From Bugula neritina (Eukaryota; Animalia; Bryozoa), in the NCBI GenBank assembly GCA_964035545.1, contig OZ037773.1, forward strand, positions 8,337,751 through 8,401,750: a stretch of 64,000 bases of DNA, in the 5' to 3' direction. This document shows, piece after piece, positions 24,501-37,320 of this stretch; position 1 is the first letter of the stretch, and every line of letters begins with the position of its first letter. Under the pieces are notes generated by a model, which was not told the origin of the DNA, searched no databases, and saw only the letters and a list, made by a program, of their open reading frames with translations. A program made the translations under genes and the position numbers.

Positions 24501-27500
24501 TATCTGGGGTTGGCGTTGTCCTTGCGCACTGGTGGACCACAGGCTAGAGCTGCGGAGGCCTTTGCATACATACAGGAAGCTATGGAGCTACTTCTTACTA
24601 AGCAGACAAACTTAGCCTTGGCTCCAGAGACTGGGTAATTATTTATTATCACTGAGGGGGGGGGGTAGTTATAGTAGCAGCACACAAAGCTTTTCACACT
24701 TTTAGACGGAGAATGAAATCTTCCCAGCACAAGTCTCTTTGAATACATGATGTTTCGAAAACGATATCTTGGGAAAACTTGTGTTCATCAACTTTAGACT
24801 TTTTAGCATGTCTCCATGTATGCAATATTTAAGTTTAGGATTTTGTTAGTTCATTTTTAAAAGTTGGCAACTCTGTCAGCTGTTAAAAGTAATCAACTCC
24901 TAGCGAGAGTAGAGAGTAGACAACTTCTATATTTGAGAGCGAGTTGACAGGAAATGATTAGTCTTGGGGGAGTCATGTTTGTTGGGGGAAATATCTCTGA
25001 TATGCAGTGATAGATTCACTCAAGAAATATTGGCTGTATAAGGTGTTCCGTAACTAATAGTAGATATATACTCTTTATATTACTAATAGTATGTATGCAC
25101 TGTATATATTATACTCTTTATATTACTAATAATGTGTATATACTGTATATATTATACTCTTTATATTAGTAATAGTGTATATGTACTCTTTATACTACTA
25201 ATACTGTGCCTGTGTATTTAGCACATATGAAATGCACTACGTCTAATACACCTGACACTAAGTTAGTTTCCATGACGATAATATTCCCACACTTGGTCTG
25301 GCACACTGCTCCGTGCCCCAATGATTCAGTTAGACAGGTAATGCAATTACCTCGCCTGACCTCTCTCTACTGACTCTCTACTAAGGTCTTGCTGCCAACA
25401 AATATACAGATTTCTCGTATAATTATATGTATATTTATTCAAAATTTGCACCTTCCCAACGTCAAAAAACAAGCCAAAGCATTCCTCGTATAATATTATG
25501 TATAACATGTGGTTATTAATTACTTTTACTCAATGATTTCCTTTGATTATGGTAATGGAGTGATTGCAATGTGTACGCATTGCTTCCTGCAGCTCATTAC
25601 GCTACCTGCGATCTACCTGCGCCATATTTATATCACATATTCTCTGCAATCTCATTGCTTGTTTTCGTGTCCAGGGTTATCCAATTGACAGAGTCGTGAA
25701 GGAATGAGTAATCACTACTCTCTTATCTCCTCTACTTGTTTGATTTAGCAAAAATAACTCATAGATTCATATACGAAGGTCAAACTAATGTCAACTGATT
25801 GAAGTTCAAAATATTTTATATTATAATTTTCATCGTTTGCATAATATTGACAAACCTGTTATTTTAAGCTCTCCTGTTAGAATGAGATCTGCAAACTCAT
25901 GATAATGTTTACTGGGGGACTAGAAGTCTATCTCTCTTAGTGGGTATTTTATTATAGCAACTTATAATGTTTTAAACTAGTATCTTCACAAATCAGAAGC
26001 TCAACAACAATCTAAACTCTGCTTTTAGCTGAAATTTCAAACTGTTTCTGTTTCTGCAGTGAGAAGCAGATGCTCGTGGAAGAGTTACTACGACTCAGTA
26101 ATGTTCATATATTACGAGGAATTATCTCCCTTGGTAAGATGATTCAGAGCAATTCTGAGATGGCTAAGAACTGCATGTCTACAGAAGATCTCTATCACAC
26201 GTGAGTAGCTGATCTGCTGCGTGAAATGACTCTAGAGATCAAATGTGCCTAAACTATTGCACCATGAGTTCACTTCGTTAGATCTCGGGCTACCTAAACA
26301 CTAGCTAGCACCCCTTATATCAATCTGTTGTTTCATGAGCCAGTCTATGTTATAGCAACATCCTGTTTTGTATAGAAAAGGGCTTTGATCGGTCTATGTT
26401 CATTAATACATATATCCTACTGTTTTTCTGCAAATAAGGGCTTTTGGTCGGTCTATCTTTATTAGTACAAACATCCTGTTGGGCTGCTAAATCATTCTTT
26501 TAAAGTTTGAAATGAAAAAGTTTTTATTTGCATAATATTATTATAATTTTATGTAACTTTAGAAAAAAAAATCAAACCTTTAAATTAACCTGTCATTTTT
26601 TCAAATGGTGTAAAAAACTTTTCTGTTGTGTTTTTGCCAACTCATGTTCTAGATCCTTCTAAAGCTATGCACATTCCCGCACTGTAGGGGACAACTCTTA
26701 CGATAACATTAAAATGTTCTTTAAAACCCTGACAAGAATTTTTAGTATATAAGTTTATAATAACTTAGTAATATATACAGAGTAGTAATAATTTATCAAG
26801 AGAAAACAACTCTGACTATTTCAGAGCTGCTCTGCTATCGACATCTGCTCTGCCCACCATAGCCCGAGGCGACCTGTACAAACAGATGGAGTGGGTGGTA
26901 CTGGACGCCCACAGTCTCCTGCTGGATATCATGCTAGCTAGGGCGGATGACCCTCAGCATGTTGTGAAACGCTGCCAGGGCCTGAGTGCGTTCATCAGAT
27001 GCGCCACAATCGGAGAGAATCCTCAGCTTGCTGCCCTCCAGCTGAAGGTGAGTCAGCTGTCTGATAACTGCTGACTAGAACTCAGGCTAACTTGCCGTAC
27101 GGTATTATGTGCTACTATGGAGTCCTAGGCTAGCACATGTCAGTTGGTTTAACGATGCATGTTACTCATTAGAATTAAGTTGAACACAATCTGTTACCAC
27201 ACAATACCAAATAGAAGACAGAGTTATAATCATCGCTCTGTGTTTAGAACGGCACAACCCTGTACCCATGTAATGTTAGTGCTGATTCCTTTAGACCAGC
27301 AAGGCTCTGGTGTCCATTCAACCTAGCAGTAGCCAAGCTCTCTACTTGCTTGGCGTGGCGCAGCTAGCCATATTTGACCTTGACCCTAAAGGTGAAGGGG
27401 CGGAGTTACTTCTAGAAGACTGTAAGAGATCATTGAGAGCCAGTATTGAGATGGAGGGAAAGTCAACACATTCAGACCTGCCATCTGATCTCAAAGGTGA

Positions 27501-30500
27501 GTTCAGACCTGCCATCTACTTGTTGAAGCATATTGCTAACCATCTTTCTAGTATATATGTTGTCTTGATTGATTAACTGAATGAGTTTATTTCTCAATAT
27601 GAAAATTTTAAATAACTAAATTTATTTAGAGGAATATAATATTTCAAGCTCCGTAATGCTCACCATTACTAATGGTTTGATAAAGTTTTTCAAATTAATG
27701 TAAGTAATGCCCCTCTGTTGTATTTCTGTTGAATACTAAATTATAAATGAACTGTCGTATGCAAAGATAACATGATTTCTCAAATACTTGTCTTATTTTG
27801 TCTTATGCTATGGTGCATCTGCTATGATACAGAAAGTAAAATGCCAATAGCGGGAGTTGAACGCTTACACCATTAATTATTCCTCAGTTACCTGTAAATC
27901 ACAAACTTTTACATTCGCTCAGCATCTTCAAGTATTAGAGGACATATTCGGCTTGAGTAATTTCTATAAAGCTGTAATCTTGATGCTAAGCTGCATTGGC
28001 GACTTATGATTTTTTCTAGAACAAGTTTGGTGGAAAGAGAAACAGTCCTCTAGCATCAAACAATCCACAAAGGAAGAGCCAAGCTCTGCTCCCGCTGCTC
28101 GGGGTGCTCCATCTCGGGGAAGAGGGGCTACTGCGGGACGGGGTACTGCCGTCCCTAGAGGTTCTCCTGCAGCGAGAGGTGCTGCAGCTAAAGCTGCTCC
28201 TATTAAGCCAGCTGCCAACCAGAAGTCTCAGCAGGTAGCGTTTCTACAGGTAGTGTGTCTACAGGTAGCGTTTCTACAGGTAGTGTGTCTACAGGTAGTG
28301 TTTCTACGGGTAGTGTTTCTACGGGTAGCTTCTCATAAAGGTGGCTATGTGACTACAGGAGAAAATGAAATCTAAAGTTTCGCAGAGTATTAGAGTAACA
28401 TGAGTTGCAAGCTAACTGGGTGGTAGAGCTATGTAGGCAGTAAGGCTAGGCCTGTTAGCTATTCTAGTGTTTCTAATATTTCTGTCATCTTGTCTATTTT
28501 TGTAACTTGAAAAAGATTTAGAATATATCTGCTGCTTTGATTTCGGCACATCCTGACAACTTGATTGGAGCCATTCCAATATAATCTTGAGTTAACATCA
28601 AATGTCTATTTCCTAGATCTCTGTTGGAATGAGTAGATTTATGATGTCTATATTTAGTACCAGGTATTTGTAGTCTTTAGATTGACAGCATTTTTATATG
28701 TTTTATGAGCTGTGATGTGATGGCGACTGGGGGTGGGGCGTAGAAACAATTGGAATATATATAGGAATCATTGATATGATCACAAATGCTGTTCCTCATT
28801 CAGTTTAATGTAGTCAATACTAATCTTTTAATCTCCACTTTTTCTGGCACTATTGAGAAGACTGTTGAAGAGGTGTTTTACAATGAGTGTAGCCTGGGGT
28901 CTATTGACTAAGTGTAACCTGGGCTCTATTGGTTAAGTGTAGCCTAGGAATCAGCTGTTCCGATGTTGAACTAGTGAATACCAAGTTCAAATTTGAACCA
29001 ATAATTAGACATCTAATCTGACGTTTATCATTTTAAAGTCACAATTTCTGTGAAAACCAAGAAAGTAAGAATTTTTTTGTGGTATATAAAACTTTCCCCT
29101 AACTGTGCTGGCGGCATAGTTTGATGACCTAAAATGTAGCACATACAGAGGTAGTTATTACCAGGCACCCTTCCCGGCACTACTTATGGCGCCCCTCCCT
29201 ACACCCACCTGTACTTTAAGCCTCCTGTCCACAGCTGCTTCCCAAATAAATTGAAAAGTGAATATCTAGACACTTCCTACTGGTTTGTTAGTCACCTGTC
29301 ACTCATCTGTCACTTATCTGTCACTTATCTGTCACCAGTCACCTGTCACCCACCTGTTTGCTAGATCTGGCAGCAATTAGAGACTGTTAAAATATTGGTA
29401 ATTATTTCATTATATGCAATATGCCTTTTTATATTTGATTTATGACTCCATGTTGAAATGTATGCAGATTTTAAAAACCGCATATGAATGTTGGACACTT
29501 TATAGAATCACCCAATTAGCACTTACCTCTATAATTTAACTGAAAGGAAAAACTCAGATTCTTTGCAGAAGTGAAGAGAATTGGTCATCTCTAAGCAATA
29601 TCTTACGGGAAGGCATAGTGACATAATTTCCATTAGTTGTGAAGACAAAGTACTATGCTGGTGTACTTTTGACTTCAACATCATGAAATGTGTTTACTGT
29701 TAGTTATTCATTTACATCACAATATAGGAAGGCATACAGGGATAGTGTGTTCTGTTGCAAATACATGTGTATGCATTTTTTTATAAAAAAATAACATATT
29801 ATTGAGTTTTGTTTGTTTGAAATAAAAGATCTTGTGCTCCGTCATGGCTTTTACTGCGTTAAATGCAAAGTTTGCTATGATGTCAATGGAGATGTTCAAA
29901 TTTCATGTTTAGTTGCTTTTCTGAACAATGCACCAGAGCATATACTTATTAGAAGAGACAGCATCAGTGTATACTCTTTCTTTTAACAGACTGCAAGTTC
30001 TAAAGCCACTGCAGCAGCCAAGCCAGCTGCCAGAGGGGCGGCTGCCGCTAGAGGAACAGGTCGGGGTGCTGCTAAAGCTGCTGCACCAGCCCCTACTGGT
30101 ACTAACTCTGAAGCTAAGAACTCCACTAAAGTTGAACAGGTGTCAAACAGTAAGTATATTTTTAAGCAGCCTTAAACTCAATTCATTTTTAATAATAATA
30201 ATGGAGATGTTTAAAGTTTTAAATTATGATAAATGAGGTATTGTATAGGTTGAATGCTGAGGTTGTATATCATATGATTATCTTTTCCTGCTGTAAGTCT
30301 GCTGTAAATAAAGTCTTGAGATTTCAAGAAAGCCATTAACTTACGGCCACCCTCCGTCAATTGTACTCTTCCCTCATTAATTATTCCTAACCAACTTTGG
30401 TCAGGATAACATAAAAGAATATGTAAAGCTTTTGATGGATTAGTCTTTATTATATTTGTAACATATAATACACAGCAATCAGGGTTTAATGACATGAGAA

Positions 30501-33206
30501 GGTCGAGCTAACCTTGGGAAAAGGCAATTAATTAACTTTAGGGCGGATTCGTGGAATGTTATTATTTTATTTTTTGCCAGACTAAAAAACTGAAAATTAC
30601 AATTTTGAAGCTTTTCTAACCAAGTCTATGATCATAGTTTCTCCTAACTGAGAGAATTTGACTTCTATTTACCTCTGAGTTGTATTTCCATCTTACTCAT
30701 ATGATCTGCTACTCACCCTAAAATTATATGAATCATAGTCATGATAGAATTAATAACATGGCATATCTTGTACAGGGACGAAGTTCCCAGTCAAATCAAC
30801 TGCTTCTGGTATTTCCAGCATGGCTGGTTGTTCTGTCAGTTGCTGATTTCATAGTTTTTGGTGTAAAATATCTATTTCTCTCAGAATCACATACCAATAT
30901 GTTTGCTAGAAATATTTTTATGTACTATTTAAATACAATGATTGTTGTGTTGTTGTTTTTCCAATTTACACAAATATTTTGGAATAACTTTTTGGGAGGG
31001 AAAGGAACTTTTTGTAATTGGTTGAGTAATCAAACATTCTCATACCTGTTGACAGTACACCTGTTGACAGTGCACCTGTTGACAGTGCACATGTTGACAG
31101 TGCGCCTATTGAAAGTGCACATGTTGACAGTGCGCCTATTGAAAGTGTACATGATGAGAGCATGCAATGTGCATAGACTACACTTTTTATTGAATTTATA
31201 TTAACTTTCACATTGTTTTCATAATTTATCATACTATATTGTAATAGATTTATGAAAAAAAAAACAACTTCAAAACACAAGTTACAGTCGATTGTTTCAG
31301 TACATTACCAACTACTAGGGTGCTTTGACACAGTGAGAGTGTGAAAGTTCCTGGTGCACACCATCTTCTGGAGGGGGGAGGGGTGGTGGAGGGGGGAGGG
31401 GTGGTGGAGGGGGGAGGGTGGCGTAATCTTTTAGAGCAAATAACAACTGTGTGAATTTACTAATATTTGGAGTAATTGATTATAATTAGCAGATTTGAGG
31501 GGGTTGTTGGCTACTGTGACATAACAAACATAATATTTTGCAATCCAAATAGGACAATGTTGTTTAGCAACTGTTAGGTATTGTAATTTGTTGTTGAGCT
31601 GTGTCAAACCATAACAGGGAAATAAGGGAATGAGGGAAATATCTAATTGTTTATATCACTCTGGAATACCAAATTAGTAATAATTGACCAAAGAGTTGTT
31701 TGGTGCCATCTTCTACGGTTTTCAACTTCAGTTATGATCGAAAAGCTATAAAGCTTATATTACTACTAGCTGGTGTGGTGAGGTAATGCTGCTAGCAGGT
31801 ATGTTGGATGTGAAGAAACCAACTTGTTTATCGAAATGATTTTTGCGCCAGGTACCCCAACTGACAGTGCCAGTTCTCTCCCTCCAACACCAAAGACTCT
31901 ACCCGCAGTGCTCAACCGGACGACCTACCACGCTAGACTCGCTCTGGCTCGAGCTTTCATCAGGGAGGAGGCAAAAGATGAAACTGAGGCTGAGAAATAT
32001 TACCAGGAAGTGATGGTGATGGCCCCGGAGGTACTTATTGTTGACTTCAACAACTCAAGTCTTACTTTAACTGCCCAAGTATTACTTTAACAGTTCAAGT
32101 TTTACTTGAGAAAATATGATGGTATTTAAGTCATTTTAACATCAATGTAGTCTTTATGCTTACTATGCTTATAGGTACATGATGCTTACTATGCTTATAG
32201 GTACATGGTGCTTACTATGCTTATAGGTACATGGTGCTTACTATGCTTATAGTTACATGGTGCTTACTATGCTTATAGGTACATGATGCTTACATTGAAC
32301 TGGCCGACATGAAACTGAAATCAGACCCTCTCGGAGCTGTTGATATTTATTGCAAATTTCCCGTGCCAGAAGAGCCCAGTTTTGATGATGCGTACATATT
32401 TGGGGAGATTGTTCTGCTGCTGTTTAAACACGAAAAGTACGATCATCCTCACCTGGCCGACAATATGATTAGACTGGGACGTATCATGGGCATTGGTAAG
32501 TTAGTCCCAGCTGGTGCATTTCACTATTCTGTAGTCTAGATGGTAGATAATAACTATAGAATAATGCTGGAATGGACATGTAAAAATCAATGTATTAGCC
32601 AAGTTTAAACATAACTCTTCTTCTATATATATAAGTGCAAACATAGAAATGTATTTATACAAATTCTAGTGTACAGACTGTAAATACTGGGATGTACTGT
32701 GTCGAAAAACTTTGCTATGCCAATGCTAGGGGTTAAACCCTGATAGTATTATAGGTGAGGGCATTTGGTACTATAAGGGTACACCTCCCCCCCCGGATGG
32801 GGGGGTACACAACTTTGCTCAATAAACTTGTTCATGAAATATAGAAAGTCCTGGAATAACCTTGAGATCATTGATACAAACAAATCTATTTCTTTACAAG
32901 TTATCCTTTCTTGTCTGCAGGTTATACTTTTTTTCTGCAGGTTATCCTTTCTTGTCTGCAGGTTATACTTTCTTGTCTGCAGGTTATACTTTCTTGTCTG
33001 CAGCTTATACTTTCTCTTCTGCAGGTTATACTTTCTCTTCTACAGGTTATACTTTCTCTTCTGCAGGTTACCTTGATAAGTATGTAAAGAAGCTGGAGGA
33101 GAAATATAAAAATGACCTGCTGAAGAAAGTTTATGCCGGAGTAAACAGGAAGTCTGTAGATGACCCGGATATGATACAGTTCTTCAAGTTCAAGTACTGG
33201 GATTAG
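18576..33206 (+). CDS. Uncharacterised ~1101-aa protein: two cadherin-like beta-sandwich repeats, U-box-like segment, TPR-like helical repeats, Ala/Arg/Gly-rich linker
   Basis: Exons 18576-18737, 19711-19915, 20131-20297, 20428-20606, 20723-20841, 21405-21478, 21943-22108, 22414-22592, 22984-23112, 23259-23360, 23829-24037, 24497-24634, 26060-26200, 26825-27047, 27295-27496, 28020-28234, 29990-30149, 31852-32030, 32279-32495, 33067-33206 (3306 nt, open). Motifs: LSPTFNSKVFEY and LSPEFDSQHDEY with VSSEDGT..Y (cadherin-like beta sandwich). YHFHVGRLQVVQGLYDEAVTRLQSAL and ALYLLGVAQL (TPR-like). Confidence 0.85.
21035..21390. repeat. 20-bp minisatellite (AGTGTAGTATAACATGTGTC)n, ~17 copies
   Basis: Array ends ~14 nt before the acceptor at 21404. 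Confidence 0.92.
21492..21567. repeat. (GATAC/GATAT)n pentanucleotide repeat
   Basis: Begins 13 nt after the donor at 21479. Confidence 0.85.
22093..22411 (+). repeat. 35-bp donor-spanning minisatellite forming a whole intron
   Basis: Unit TTACCTACAACACCAG|GTRAAGTGTAGTATACATA. GT at 22109, 22144, 22179, 22214, 22249, 22284, 22319, 22354, 22389. Confidence 0.93.
22704..22870. repeat. 24-bp intronic minisatellite (CCCATGATGCAATAGAGAGTACTT-like), ~7 copies
   Basis: Visible as the SHDAIKST repeats in spurious ORF 22686-22988. Confidence 0.85.
23352..23828 (+). repeat. 34-bp donor-spanning minisatellite forming a whole intron
   Basis: Unit GCTACTCAG|GTACTGTGTATAGCACATACTGCAT. 14 copies from GT 23361 to GT 23800. 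Confidence 0.93.
25065..25205. repeat. Degenerate intronic repeat (TATACTCTTTATATTACTAATAGT core)
   Basis: Four imperfect copies. Confidence 0.65.
28232..28330 (+). repeat. 15-bp donor-spanning repeat (CAG|GTAGYGTKTCTA), 7 copies
   Basis: GT at 28235, 28250, 28265, 28280, 28295, 28310, 28325. Confidence 0.88.
31043..31152. repeat. 15-bp intronic repeat (ACCTGTTGACAGTGC)
   Basis: About 7 imperfect copies. Confidence 0.8.
31369..31421. repeat. G-rich repeat (GGAGGGGGGAGGGGTGGT)x3, G-quadruplex-capable
   Basis: Six runs of three or more G with short loops. Confidence 0.75.
32156..32293 (+). repeat. 26-bp acceptor-spanning repeat (TATGCTTATAG|GTACATGRTGCTTAC), 5 acceptors
   Basis: AG ends at 32174, 32200, 32226, 32252, 32278. 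Confidence 0.92.
32890..33070 (+). repeat. 21-bp acceptor-spanning repeat (GTTATACTTTCTYKTCTGCAG), 8 acceptors
   Basis: AG ends at 32920, 32940, 32961, 32982, 33003, 33024, 33045, 33066. Confidence 0.92.
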
Positions 33207-36200
33207 GAACCAGGGGGGGGGGGTTCTGTCCCCTCTTTGTCTGCACTGCTAACTGTAGAATATACGTGTGTTACACACCAGGTAGCTATATACATGTGTT
33301 TAATATACCAGTAACTGTGTGATATACATGTAAATAACATACATGTAATTGTAGAATACATACAAGTATATTATAACATAAGACACAGTTTTTGACCTGG
33401 GAATATTGTGAAACTTCACCCTTTATTTGAGCTTCCACTACAATATTGCTCAATTCTATTAATTATTTCTACATATTTATGACTTTGCAAAGTCTTATCT
33501 AATTATACGGATTGTTTTTGCTCCAATCTACTGTGATTTAAGGAGACTTAGATTATTTATATTAGAAGCGTTTTCTGTGATATGTGTTGGTTTTATGATT
33601 GTAGATTTTTTTTTCATAGCTGCTTTAAACTGTTAGAATCAAAAGTAAATGAATAAATAATGTGAAATGCTGTTTGTATATCAGTACCTGAGCTCAGTTG
33701 ACCATAGAACTCCCGATAAATAATTTTAGAGCATTATACAAAATATTGTTATAAATACTACCAAACTGGTTTCACGGACCACCAGGCTGGTTCCATGAAC
33801 TATCAGACTAGTCTCAAACTATAACAGCTTCAAGACATTACACAGGGTTGCCAAGGGATGTGAAAATTTTCAATCATGAAAGCGAAAATCACTCAAGTGT
33901 GTAGATTTATCATCAGCAGATGCGAGTTTCGAGTTTTTGATGCAGACGGTACTTGACATGGCCTCCTGCTTCAATGTTTTATGTCTGACAATACTGTTTG
34001 CCAGGTACTTTATTGTCTTTAGCACTTAGGAATCCAGTCCTTTTATTTGTCAGTAGAAAGTTAAAGAATTTTCAATTAGTTGAAAATATGAAATTAAATG
34101 GTTTAAGTAAGGACTGCAAGGTAAAACAATAACAATCTCTAAACTTTTTTTACCTTGTAATAGCCAATATTTGTTAGTTTTGTTGCTAAAAATTATGTTT
34201 TTTTCAGTCAGTCTGAGCTCTCAAGCCTGAATTATAGATGGAAAATTCTAAAATTGACTCTCTTTCTTGAGAGGTATGCTAGAACTGAAAGTTTTTGGCA
34301 CATGTGCCTGAACCTTTATTTGAATTTTAATGGCTGATTTATGCAAATGTGTGACTAAATAGGAACACAATATACATGTATGTATGCAGCCTTGTTGTCA
34401 ACATGGAGTCTGAGTTTGCTATGTTTGAGCTAATGGCACCCTTTAACAGCACGTATACAGAAGGAAACAAATGTGTTTATCTGTAGGAATGACTAATTCA
34501 ATAAACATTAATTACAAGACTTCCCACTGTCAAACTCTAGTGTTATACTTTCATTCATAATAGAAAAAGCTGAAACTTTCACTTTTTCTCAGGTAATTAC
34601 CCAATCAATATGATGGGATTGAAGCCTTTGGTAAAATGTTGAATGTGCCATCAACAAAAGTTACAATTATAATTCTAATAACTTCCACCGAAGGTGTATG
34701 TTTGAAGTGGTATGGTTGGCTCATGTGACGGTGTCTGCATTCTTTACTGAAGATGGTTGGCTCCTCCCTCAGTTCTCTGTCTGCCAGCCTCCGTCTCATA
34801 AATTGGCATTTTCTAGACCTTAGCAGGTTTTCTTTAGCAATTCTTCGTATGAAGTTTGAGCTCGTGACACAGCCCCTTAAAGAACAGTATGTTTGCAAAA
34901 TGAGAAAACCCACATGGTTGTTGAAACCTCTGGATAGACTCATTGATTTTGTGGGACATGAAAATTTTTTGCGAAAGAGTTGTGTATTTAATAAAAATAA
35001 AGAAAAATTTTGGGTAGGGATTGTTACAATACTGGTTTTCTAAAAAAAGCTATGCTGTAAGACAGTTGTGTTCTAACATCTTTTCTTGTGAAGATTATCT
35101 TCAACTTGTACTCTATCAAAAACTCCAATTCACCAAGGTTTATTTCTTTTCATTAACACCTAAATTTTTTTTAATCAGGCTTATAAAAGTTGAAATTTCA
35201 TTGTTGCTAATATTTTATTTTTCATTGAAGTAATTGAATCATAAAGAATGAAACCGACATTCCTTCATTCTGGAGACCAGCCAGTATTGTTTTGTTTTCA
35301 GAGAAAAAATAGAATAGTTTAAATTTGACTTTCAGACTCAACCAAGTAAGAGAAGGCAGCAAGATGTGAACCAAGCCAATACTTCCATCACGTAGAATGC
35401 ATTTCCTGTGCAGAACTTGGTGCTTCCAGCTTCCTGTAGGCTACGTAAAGTATTATGAGGCACCGTAACGGGACATTTGGCATTCCTCATCAACAATATA
35501 AATTTATTAGTATTTGTTGTGCTAGATTACAGGAGATTGTAATCTTTTAATCTAAAACAATTCTAAAGATCTTAACTGTTTGTGGCATATAATAGGTAAA
35601 GTACTTGTGTACATCCTTTGATTACAGATTACAATACCGGTTCTTGCATTTCAAACTCAGTAAACTGAAGAGCTAGCTGACTGACACAGCAGTGTGCACA
35701 TGTGGTTTGTATTTTTTTCTAATTTTTCTACAGTACCTATTGAAAATTTCCAACGTGAACAGGCGAACATCAAGCTTAAGTAAATTTGGTGAAATATAAA
35801 CACAATGTCTACAACATGGTAGCATAGTGGTTCATTCACACCAAATTTATTGTATACATTAAAACACTACACTAACACACTAGCTATTGTATACACTCAC
35901 AACTCACAACATTAAATTGTAAAACCTTAAATTCAGCATTAGACCTTGAGAAGTGTAGTTGTTTATATACCATGACATGCTGCTTGGATTTATGTGACTT
36001 GAATAAGACACTCACTTACTTGTCAAAAGCAATCTTATTTATTAATGTTGCATCATATCAGCTTATAGTAAAAAATGACCAGCTAAATTCGGCATTATTA
36101 TATGAAAAGGTAAATTATAACAATTATTGTACTAAATATACCACTATTGTCTACAGTAGCACTTCCATAGGTCTTGTCAGCTTCCTCTCCAAAATCCTGT

Positions 36201-37183
36201 ATGCCAGCCATGTCTTTCTAATCTGCATTAAGTCCTATTGTTGCTACAACACAAGTATAAATCAGGTGCCCGCTCTCTCTGGTGACACATCACTGTAGTG
36301 CCCTCTCTCTCTCTGGTAACAGAGTACTGTAGTGTCCTGTCACTCTGATGACACAGCACTGTAGTACCCTGTAACTTAATAGTATAATATAATGCAATAT
36401 AATATAATACAATCATGTAATGTATCATGTTATATAATCATGAAATGTGATGTTATATCATTTTGCAATATATAATGTTATCGTACAATAGAAGTAGTTC
36501 ACTGATGCAAAGTTTCAAAAAATATCTTATATAAGTTTTATAATGGTACAAGCCTCTGCAGCTTCAACTGCTTAATCTGTTTTCCTCAAACAGTTGGTGC
36601 TGATAGTTCTACATTGACTTGAATATTCTATACTGCAACATATGTATGCATATTATACAAAGTATAAGTATTCTATAGGCTCATTACACTGTTGCAAGGC
36701 TTACAGAAGTAAGGTGCTTGCAAGGTGCTTACAAGGTGTTTACAAGGTACTCCTTGAAAGGTGTCAGTGCAATCACATTAATCTTAGCCCCTCCCCACTC
36801 AAACGCCATTTGCATTAATAACGGATTCAGAAAAGTAATTATGGCTCGTTTGTTTGAATAACACTTAATACAAGGTGGTCGAAGGACTTCCTGAAAATGT
36901 GTTACATCCAGTCTGAGTAATTATATTCTCACAGTTTCTCATCCGTCTAGAGACAAACTATGTCACCCTCCACCTTACTAATGTGAATTATTATGCAAAT
37001 GATTTGAGCGTGTGCTTGTTATTACACCACAGCTATTTACTGCTGGATAATCAAAAGACGAACTAATGGTATGCTTCTACAGTTCTCGTTCTCTGATTTG
37101 CTCAACGTTCATTTTTCTCTTTTCTCCACTTGAGTTCAACAATTGCTTTATTCATCAAATTTCCTAAACGCTTTTCTCTTCAG

Positions 37184-37242
37184 CCAATCAGCTTTGGCGC
37201 AGACATTTGTCGTGGTGTATTTTGGAATGTAAAGTATATAAG
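37184..37242 (+). promoter_or_regulatory. CCAAT and TATA boxes upstream of the secreted Cys-rich gene
   Basis: AGCCAATCAG at ~37182-37191 and GTATATAAG at ~37234-37242, about 80 nt before the ATG at 37321. Confidence 0.45.
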
Positions 37243-37320
37243 ATTAATGATGGTTATAGTGAGCCTATATTAAAATAGTTTGTGTTTTGCTATGAATATT
37301 TATTCTCCTACACCGTCAGG

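Noticed and set aside
25222-25337. Possible extra exon in the U-box/TPR gene (TTTAG...CAG|GTAATG)
   Set aside because: Stop codon in the required phase, and the flanking exons join in frame without it. It could be a poison exon, but there is no evidence.
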